Of a stretch of DNA of 64,000 bases, positions 57,263 to 64,000 are shown one piece after another. Source of the DNA: Parcubacteria group bacterium (GTDB lineage: Bacteria > Patescibacteriota > Minisyncoccia > Moranbacterales > UBA11712); NCBI GenBank assembly GCA_041659065.1, contig JBAZYY010000002.1, positions 24,091 through 88,090 of the forward strand, given 5' to 3'. Each line of letters starts with the position of its first letter. The stretch's first letter is position 1. The translations under genes were made by a program, and so were the position numbers. The notes under the pieces are model-generated. The model worked only from the letters and a program-made list of their open reading frames with translations, was not told the origin of the DNA and did not search any database.

Positions 57263-57301
57263 TATTCTTTTGACTAAAGCTTAGCTTTAGTCAGGATTTT
57301 A

Positions 57302-57910
57302 TTATTCTAAAATTCCGTCCAGATTTACGTCGTAAAGGATGCTTTCCTGAATCAAGCGATAGTTTAGAATCTCATCTTCCGAAAACCAATGCTTGATTTC
57401 CATCTCGGCTTCTTCAACGGATCCGGAAGCATGCAAAAGATTTCGCACCGCCCGGTCATCCACATCCGCCATACTGTAGGAATCAACCGTAAGATCCCCC
57501 CGAATAGTTCCAACATCGGATGTTAACGGCTCCGTTCCTCCCATCACTTTTCGAACGATTCCAACCGCCTGGTTTCCCTGCCAAATCATTCCAATTACCG
57601 GTCCGGCCGTTAGATATTTTTCTAAGCGGTCTAGAACTTGGTTTCCAATCGCCATCGGGTCCCTAGTCGGCGGCTCAAGCCCTTTTTTATCGTAAGCTTC
57701 GATAGATTTCACTCCCACGTTCTCAAGCCATTTTGGATCCAGGGTATAATGCTCCCTGACTTTTCCCGCGCTGGGAATAAACATTTTTAGTCCCACTAGC
57801 TTCAGTCCAGTCCGCTCAAATCTTTTAATAATTTCCCCGATCAAAGACCTTTGCACGCCATCCGGCTTGATGATTACGAATGTTCGCTCCTTGCTTGCGT
57901 CACTTTTCAT
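57302..57910 (-). CDS. ndk: Nucleoside diphosphate kinase (long form with insertions)
   Basis: ERTFVIIKPDGVQR, active-site His in NLLHASGS; 202 aa where ~140-150 is typical. Confidence 0.8.
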   Translation of the reverse strand: MKSDASKERTFVIIKPDGVQRSLIGEIIKRFERTGLKLVGLKMFIPSAGKVREHYTLDPKWLENVGVKSIEAYDKKGLEPPTRDPMAIGNQVLDRLEKYLTAGPVIGMIWQGNQAVGIVRKVMGGTEPLTSDVGTIRGDLTVDSYSMADVDDRAVRNLLHASGSVEEAEMEIKHWFSEDEILNYRLIQESILYDVNLDGILE

Positions 57911-58005
57911 GCTTTTGAATATTAATTTTAAGTTATTTTAAGATAAAATAAGCCATTTAGCTTATCTTGAGCAAGTAAATTTTAGCAAATAAGAAACTTT
58001 TGGGC

Positions 58006-58034
58006 AAGAAAAAACCCGAATCCGTAGATTCGGG
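58006..58034 (-). terminator. Intrinsic terminator (minus strand)
   Basis: CCCGAATC-CGTA-GATTCGGG stem, with TTTTTT on the minus strand. Confidence 0.5.
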
Positions 58035-58123
58035 CCCGGGCTGTGAGAAACCCGCTTGGGAAATAGTTCTTTTCGTCCTTCATAGGCATCCTCCTTTCCG
58101 GGCTTGGCCCGGATGTGGAACGG

Positions 58124-58594
58124 CTATCTTTTCTGCTTCTCCACTTCGGAAAGCCTCCAGGTTTGACCATCGCCGTAAAAGGCTAGAGCCTCGAGCCAGA
58201 GCCCACTCGCATCATGGTGCAATACAGCCAATACTTCACAGCCTTTTTCGGTATAGATTGATTGCTGGGCATAGACTTTAATAAATGGATCGCCCGAAAC
58301 ATGAAGGCGGGAGTCATAGAAATCATACGGGAGAAGTTGTCCATGTTTATTCATGTCAAGGATGAGACCGGTGGGTTCTGCGAAGCCTTTTACCATGACT
58401 ATTAAACCGTCACTAAAGCCTTCACTATGCAATGCGAGCTGCTTAACTGTAACGTGGTGGGCAGAAAGTTCCGTCCAATTTATGCGTTTCTGAATCGAAG
58501 ATGCAACCCAGATAGCAACGATGAGGCCGAAGACAATACCTGCTCTCCCCACCCAAAGAAGTCTCTCGCTCTGCTGTAGCTGTAATTCCTTCAT
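58124..58594 (-). CDS. Hypothetical membrane-anchored protein
   Basis: One TM helix after an N-terminal cytoplasmic segment. Confidence 0.4.
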   Translation of the reverse strand: MKELQLQQSERLLWVGRAGIVFGLIVAIWVASSIQKRINWTELSAHHVTVKQLALHSEGFSDGLIVMVKGFAEPTGLILDMNKHGQLLPYDFYDSRLHVSGDPFIKVYAQQSIYTEKGCEVLAVLHHDASGLWLEALAFYGDGQTWRLSEVEKQKR

Positions 58595-58843
58595 TCTCGC
58601 TTCCCCCTTGATGTGATTGAGCTAATTTTCAAAAAATTGTAAAATCTGCCGCAGTTGCGACATTGTGTTATTTTATCATAAAATAAGCTTTATGTCAATC
58701 ATGATCCAGTCATTTAATACACTTCCATTTTTTATCTTTATTTAAAGCAAAAATAACCCCCGAAAAAAGGAGGAAAATATGCGAAAACCGGAGCGGTACA
58801 AGCGCTTCCCTTTTTGTTCCTACGCTAGTAGTTTACTGATGTT

Positions 58844-59398
58844 TTACTTACCAACAAGGTACGCGGTGACATAAGCTTCAATAAAAGCTGCTAAAAGCAG
58901 GAGCGGAAGAATAATTTTGAAGTATTTTTTGACCGAATATCTAAATGCTTCCTTGAATGGCTCCCCGTAACGAATCTTCCGGTAGAACTTCACGCCGAGC
59001 CACAGACCGTAACCCGAAGCCATGAGCACCGCCGGAATTTCAAAGATCCCATGCGGGAGAAGGCTTAAGACCACTCTCAAAAATCCCTCACGCGGACCGA
59101 AGACCGCGAGCACCAGCCCGATCAGATTGGCATTCGTGAAAACAAAAAAAATCGGAATGATCCCGAAAAAAAATCCTGTAAGCAATACGAATAGCGCCTT
59201 AAGCGAATTATTAAGAAAAATGAAAGCAAAAAGCTGGAAAGTATTCAAATTTTTGGCAAAGCTAAAGCTGGAAAACAGCTGATTCACTGAGTCCCGGCTG
59301 GCCACCGGATCTTGCATTGCCATCAAATACCCACTCACTGCCGAAAGGATGAAAATGACCCAGATAATGAAAATATAATTCCCTGCTCTCTTCTTCAT
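58844..59398 (-). CDS. SpoIIM/DUF95-family membrane protein
   Basis: LLPHGIFEIPAVLMASG signature of the stage II sporulation protein M family. Confidence 0.55.
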   Translation of the reverse strand: MKKRAGNYIFIIWVIFILSAVSGYLMAMQDPVASRDSVNQLFSSFSFAKNLNTFQLFAFIFLNNSLKALFVLLTGFFFGIIPIFFVFTNANLIGLVLAVFGPREGFLRVVLSLLPHGIFEIPAVLMASGYGLWLGVKFYRKIRYGEPFKEAFRYSVKKYFKIILPLLLLAAFIEAYVTAYLVGK

Positions 59399-59544
59399 AT
59401 GGGCATTTAGATAAATTCTAGTTTGCTAAAAAATAACAACATAGTAATTAAATTACAATCTTCATTTTGTAATTACTACCACGCTACCAAGGATGGTAGC
59501 AATTACATTTTTTTTGTTTTAAGCTTACTGGGAGGTTTGATATG

Positions 59545-60549
59545 CTATTTAACTTTCGTCTGGCCGTTGGTTTGAAGCGCAATAGGAATGTCGCGAAAGT
59601 CCAGGGAGTGATCTTTTGGATTCACCGTTACCTCCACAGTCAGCCCTTCTTTCGTTTCTTTCTGAAAATACTGGTCAAATATGAAGTTGCCCAGCGAATA
59701 ATATATCTTTTTGCCTTTATAAATTTCCGAATCCTGCACCACGTGCGGATGGGTTCCGATGATAAAATCCGCGCCGGCATCTATAAATTGATACGCCAGA
59801 TTTCGAATGTTATTACCCGGATCCCCCACCTTATATTCTGTTCCCCAGTGGGGACAAATAATGACGATGTTGGATTGAGTCTTAGCCGCCTTGATATTTT
59901 CTAGCGCCGTTTCAATAGAATCCGGAATGGAATAATTATAGCTGACAAAAGAGATCTTTATTCCATTTATGTTTTTGGAGACTAAAGCCCCAATTGGGGC
60001 TTTAGTCTCCAAATCGCCGAAATATTGCACTCCAGCTTCGTCCAGATATTTTTTTGTCTGTTGTACCCCTGCTTCTCCTTGATTAAGAATATGGTTATTG
60101 CCGAGATTTACGAGCTTGATATTATTTTTCGTCAGGACACCTGCCACGCTGGGAGCAAAAGTAAAGTTAAAGTTTTTACTCTCCCCCAGTTTAGTATTAA
60201 TGCTTACCGAATTTTTATCCGTTATCGGCCCTTCCAGATTTCCAATCACTAAATCTTCGCTCGCGAGCAAATCTTTTACTTGGCCGAACATATAATCATA
60301 GTCCCCTCCGCGCTTATCCGCAGTCTCTCGAATATACCGGTCAAACATCATGTCTCCGACAAAGAGCAGTTTCATGGACTTTCTATCTTCGACGGATGTT
60401 TCTGGATATTTCGATATTTCTTTTCCCAAATTATTAGCATTATCATTAATAACGCCTATTTTTCCGCAACCGGAAAAAAATATAATGATGGCAACCAAAA
60501 AAATTATTTTTACATTTTTCATTGTCATTTTGAGCTTTGAACTTTGCAC
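59545..60549 (-). CDS. CapA/PgsA-family metallophosphoesterase (poly-gamma-glutamate capsule synthesis protein-like)
   Basis: LLFVGDMMFDR, GNLEGPIT, NLGNNHILN, CPHWGTEY, GTHPHVVQ. Confidence 0.8.
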   Translation of the reverse strand: MQSSKLKMTMKNVKIIFLVAIIIFFSGCGKIGVINDNANNLGKEISKYPETSVEDRKSMKLLFVGDMMFDRYIRETADKRGGDYDYMFGQVKDLLASEDLVIGNLEGPITDKNSVSINTKLGESKNFNFTFAPSVAGVLTKNNIKLVNLGNNHILNQGEAGVQQTKKYLDEAGVQYFGDLETKAPIGALVSKNINGIKISFVSYNYSIPDSIETALENIKAAKTQSNIVIICPHWGTEYKVGDPGNNIRNLAYQFIDAGADFIIGTHPHVVQDSEIYKGKKIYYSLGNFIFDQYFQKETKEGLTVEVTVNPKDHSLDFRDIPIALQTNGQTKVK

Positions 60550-61427
60550 TTTTCAGCCAGAGGCTGATCCGCCTTTGGCGGAGAATTTTCGGCTTCGCAA
60601 ATGAATTCTATGTCCCCGCTCTCGTCCGTCCTGAGAATCCGAATATTTTTCTCCCTGAGAGCCTCCAAAACTGCTTCTGTCGGGTGCCCGTAGGAATTAT
60701 TCGCACCGACCGAGATGATTGCTTCTTTGGGACTGGCCGCGTTAAGGAATTCCTCAGACGAGGAATATTTCGATCCGTGATGGGCAATCTTCAAGAAATC
60801 GATATCGACATTTTCTCCCCTCTCGAGAATTTCTCTTTCGGCGGGAGATTCGATATCACCTGTAAAAAGAAAACTGCTCCCTCCATAATCCAGCCGGCTG
60901 ACTATGGATTTATTATTTGCGTCCCCGGACGAGGAATCGACTTTGCTCTGAGGATATATTATTTTTAGACTTGCATCGGAAAATTTTATTTCATCGCCGC
61001 TTGTCGCATCCAATTTTCCAACTTTGTTAAAATCTAGCACTTCTTGCCATTCTTTGAAAATCGCCGTATCTTTTTCCGCTGCTGTTTCCAAGACTTTTCC
61101 GATCTTATAATTCCTCGCCACGTCAATAAGACCTCCAATATGATCCCTATCTGGATGTGTGACAATTACGATTTCTATTTCACGGTCAAAATAGGGCAGA
61201 TATTCTCCAAGTTCCGCGAGCTCCACTTTTCCACTGGACCCACCGTCAATGAGAATTTGCTTGACTCCCTTTTGGATGAGAATTGAATCGCCCTGTCCGA
61301 CATTCAGGAAGATTACCTGAAGCGGACGGGATAAACTATAGATTTGGTATACGTAAAACAAGCATACTACGGCTAAAGCCGCTACTGCCATATACTTTAT
61401 TTTATATCTCGTATTTGACCACGGCAT
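60525..61427 (-). CDS. ComEC/Rec2-type metallo-beta-lactamase domain protein (C-terminal part of ComEC)
   Basis: TM anchor; THPDRDHIGG and KIAHHGSKYSS MBL motifs. Confidence 0.7.
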   Translation of the reverse strand: MPWSNTRYKIKYMAVAALAVVCLFYVYQIYSLSRPLQVIFLNVGQGDSILIQKGVKQILIDGGSSGKVELAELGEYLPYFDREIEIVIVTHPDRDHIGGLIDVARNYKIGKVLETAAEKDTAIFKEWQEVLDFNKVGKLDATSGDEIKFSDASLKIIYPQSKVDSSSGDANNKSIVSRLDYGGSSFLFTGDIESPAEREILERGENVDIDFLKIAHHGSKYSSSEEFLNAASPKEAIISVGANNSYGHPTEAVLEALREKNIRILRTDESGDIEFICEAENSPPKADQPLAEKCKVQSSK

Positions 61428-61469
61428 TGGAATTGTTTATTTTGTCTATAAGTTTAATTTCTAACCGAC

Positions 61470-62939
61470 TTAGGCTCCCGCCGGCATCAGACGATCCCGG
61501 CTTTTTTTATTATGGATAAAAACTACTATCAGCAGAACAGCATAATAAACAAACATTAATTTCCAGCCAAAATTTTTGACTTCGACCGATGCCCAAGGCA
61601 AATTCGCCATCCACCCAACCGCGAATAATTCCGCTTTGAGTAAAATATAGGGTACGAATCCGACGAGCCTCCCAAGTGGCAATAATATAAAACCCGCTAT
61701 CCCCGCCGCGAACCCTATTCCCATTATAGCTGGAATCGCCGGCAAAATAACAAAATTGGCGAATGGCGAGACCAAAGAAAGTTTTTCAAAGGAGTTTAAA
61801 ATTATAGGCAAGACGAAAATTGTCGCGGCCATAGTAAGTATAACGGTTTCTCGAATAAGTTTCGGAGCTCTCCCTCCTCGCCAAAAAAAATTTTCTAAAA
61901 TAGGAGAGAGCTGCACAATTCCAATTGTTGCGAGGAAAGAAAGTTGGAATCCAGCGTCGTAACGAAGAAGGAGTGGATTAATTGCGAGCATCGCGCCAGC
62001 CGCAAGCATTATCGCGTTCGTGGAATTGGCCAGTCTCCCCTCTTTCATCGCCCAGATGACGAGACTTCCCATGATCCCCGCCCGCACCGCCGACGCTGGC
62101 GCGCCAGTCATTAAAACAAACAAAACTATCCCGATCAGCGCAAAAGAAAAAACCTGTTGGCGCCAAAGCCCCAAAAATATGCCAAGCCACATTAAAAACG
62201 CAGCAACAATCGTAACATTATATCCCGAAACCGCAACTGTGTGCGTAGTCCCCGTCCGTTGAAAAGCATCGCTTAAATTTTGGGTCATTCTTTTGCTTCC
62301 GCCAAGAAGCAAGCCTTTGAGATACGCCCCCTCGGGATCAGGAAAAATTTGAGAGAGTTTTTTTTCGAATTTATTTTTTATCGTCAGGACGGCTGCATAA
62401 AACATGCTTCCTTTATTCCTGGCAACTACGGATATTTGCGTTTTATTGCAAACTCGATAAATCCCATCCTTCGCCAGATACATTTGGTAATCGAAGGCAG
62501 AATCTTCGAAATTTTTGGGTTCTTGCAAGATGCAACTCACTTTAAGCTCATCGCCGTAATTATATGCCGGGTATATATCTGCATTTATGAGTATCCTGTT
62601 CTTATCAATATCTTTGACAATAATTTTTTGATATTTTTCGTCTATTTCCGGCTCTTTGGCAACCTTAACTAATAGCTCGGTTGGACCAAGTTTGCTGCCG
62701 GCTAAATTGCTTCTTGCGCCATCAAGGGAAATATTCGCCCGCCAGGCTCCTAAGGCAAAAATTAAAACAGCCGCGCTCGCGACTGCCATTTTTCTGTCTT
62801 TACAATTAATGACAAGGATCGCAATTCCCGAAGCAATAATAATCAAAATTAAATATTCTTCTATTCGCAAAAATGATGCTATAAAAACACCGAACAAGAA
62901 CGCCAGAGATAGGATAAAAAAAACCTTAGCCTTAGTCAT
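61470..62939 (-). CDS. comEC: ComEC/Rec2 competence channel, N-terminal membrane portion (DUF4131 + competence domain)
   Basis: About 10 TM helices; order and orientation match the MBL part immediately downstream. Confidence 0.65.
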   Translation of the reverse strand: MTKAKVFFILSLAFLFGVFIASFLRIEEYLILIIIASGIAILVINCKDRKMAVASAAVLIFALGAWRANISLDGARSNLAGSKLGPTELLVKVAKEPEIDEKYQKIIVKDIDKNRILINADIYPAYNYGDELKVSCILQEPKNFEDSAFDYQMYLAKDGIYRVCNKTQISVVARNKGSMFYAAVLTIKNKFEKKLSQIFPDPEGAYLKGLLLGGSKRMTQNLSDAFQRTGTTHTVAVSGYNVTIVAAFLMWLGIFLGLWRQQVFSFALIGIVLFVLMTGAPASAVRAGIMGSLVIWAMKEGRLANSTNAIMLAAGAMLAINPLLLRYDAGFQLSFLATIGIVQLSPILENFFWRGGRAPKLIRETVILTMAATIFVLPIILNSFEKLSLVSPFANFVILPAIPAIMGIGFAAGIAGFILLPLGRLVGFVPYILLKAELFAVGWMANLPWASVEVKNFGWKLMFVYYAVLLIVVFIHNKKSRDRLMPAGA

Positions 62940-63051
62940 GCAATCATTATATCAGAAAAAACGGGCTGAAACCCGCTTTTTTATTCCCATCCATGTTCCT
63001 ATTTCGGACTTTAGAAAAGCATAATCCTGAAAGATAAGACTTCGGGCTTAG

Positions 63052-63270
63052 CTAACTTATTTCAATTAGCTTTGTCCGAGCAGATTTTCCGCCGATAATA
63101 TTCACGGAGCTTTTTGAAACGCTAAAATAATCCGCCAATAAATTTACGACGGCACCATTTGCTTTTCCTTTTTCCGGCGCGGCCGTGACTTTGATTTTAT
63201 ATTCGGCGTCGGAAATCTTCACGACTTCGTTTTTGCCCGCCCGCGGCGTCACCTTCGCGTATATTCGCAT
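63052..63270 (-). CDS. YggU/DUF167 family protein
   Basis: KVTPRAGKN…GKANGAVVNLLADYFSVSKSSVNIIGGKSARTK consensus of COG1872. Confidence 0.7.
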   Translation of the reverse strand: MRIYAKVTPRAGKNEVVKISDAEYKIKVTAAPEKGKANGAVVNLLADYFSVSKSSVNIIGGKSARTKLIEIS

Positions 63271-63847
63271 CGCATTGGGGAATATTAATTACTTGCCTCG
63301 CTGTTCTCCCTTTTATCCGAAAGTAGACATTCAGCGCCAAAATTAGAATCAATAGAACATTAAAATAAATGAAAATATTCCTGACCAAATCATTTTTCAT
63401 GTCTGTTCCCAGCGACAGGGCATGAACGATAGAAAAGCCATACAAAACCAGATTGAGGGTATGCGCAATTCTCCAGGACTTTCGAGATATATATTTTCGA
63501 GCATAGGATGTCAGGACAAGAATCAGGATGAGATAGAAGGATATGGTCCCCAGCGCGACGAGAGTTGTTTCATAGCTTGAATGAAAAGGAACAAAGACAT
63601 CCAGCCAGCTGAAAGTCAACAAATTATCGAAAATAAGCGCGACGCCGTGAATGAGGGCAAATATGAGCGCCTGTACAGAGAGCCAGCAATGAATATTCAG
63701 GGCGCAAATTTTAGCCGAAAACCTCCGGAAAATTGGAATACGCCCGATTGATCCAAAAAGAATCGAAATATACAGAAGAAAGAAACCAACCAGGGCGCTT
63801 GCGCGCGTAATGTACCACGCCCAGGAAACAACGTCTGCGTTATCCAT
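63197..63847 (-). CDS. Polytopic membrane protein with conserved His residues (ferric-reductase-like/MsrQ-like?)
   Basis: 6 TM helices; His in TM helices (IHCW, IHGV, HTLNLVLYGFSIVHAL); 74-nt overlap with the downstream gene. Confidence 0.35.
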   Translation of the reverse strand: MDNADVVSWAWYITRASALVGFFLLYISILFGSIGRIPIFRRFSAKICALNIHCWLSVQALIFALIHGVALIFDNLLTFSWLDVFVPFHSSYETTLVALGTISFYLILILVLTSYARKYISRKSWRIAHTLNLVLYGFSIVHALSLGTDMKNDLVRNIFIYFNVLLILILALNVYFRIKGRTARQVINIPQCDANIREGDAAGGQKRSREDFRRRI

Positions 63848-64000
63848 AAGAAAATATTTTCAATTATTTTCATTCACCATTCTAACACAACGGATGATTT
63901 TTTGCTTACTTTTAGCCGGTTGGCCCATGAGTAGGGATATATTTCTTCGCTTCAGAAGTCACAAAAACATTTCCCAGATAATCCAGGAAAACTGCGGCAA

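Noticed and set aside
63197-63270. 74-nt overlap between the membrane-protein ORF and the yggU-like ORF as evidence of a frameshift
   Set aside because: Both frames have plausible N- and C-termini by family comparison. The membrane ORF's last ~25 aa are low-complexity and may simply be a C-terminal tail, so the evidence for a frameshift is insufficient.

Overview
This is a low-GC bacterial chromosomal segment dominated by a large minus-strand ribosomal-protein supercluster: rpsL-rpsG-fusA-[insert]-tuf-rpsJ-rplC-rplD-rplW-rplB-rpsS-rplV-rpsC-rplP-rpmC-rpsQ-rplN-rplX-rplE-rpsN-rpsH-rplF-rplR-rpsE-rplO-secY-adk-map. L30 is absent between rpsE and rplO, and several r-proteins carry Lys/Glu-rich or zinc-ribbon extensions. 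Together with a trimeric [FeFe] hydrogenase (hydABC-like), many small membrane or secreted proteins and a split ComEC, this suggests a small-genome, CPR/Patescibacteria-like organism (inference). Also present are glycolytic and housekeeping genes (fba, tpiA, galT-like, ruvX, cdd, ROK glucokinase, M24 and M23 peptidases), an ndk-thyA-dfrA operon, an ECF sigma/anti-sigma module, one tRNA-Pro(GGG) and rpmB.

Accessory or unusual content:
- An intact IS200-like Y1 transposase of the RAYT type surrounded by palindromic REP elements (core CCTAAAGT-N4/5-ACTTTAGG), with a further REP pair 35 kb away.
- Several families of 90-150 bp AT-rich palindromic intergenic elements built from degenerate heptamer repeats. 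One family (core CGCTTCGC...GCGAAGCG) sits between cistrons inside the r-protein operons, with two near-identical copies.
- An operon of five exported proteins containing a tandemly duplicated two-gene module, and a wider family of secreted proteins with Cys-rich C-terminal domains.
- A Phd/YefM-like small gene plus a zinc-ribbon micro-ORF inserted between fusA and tuf.
- A tRNA-adjacent ~0.9 kb non-coding island with three small ORFs.
- Most notable: a 474-aa three-part protein with an MtrA-like N-terminus, a complete thymidylate-synthase-like fold that keeps the catalytic Cys, and a DUF4346-like C-terminus. It lies directly downstream of canonical ndk-thyA-dfrA and next to a small membrane protein and a SAM methyltransferase, suggesting an undescribed pterin/C1-dependent pyrimidine-modifying module.

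No CRISPR array or rRNA was seen.
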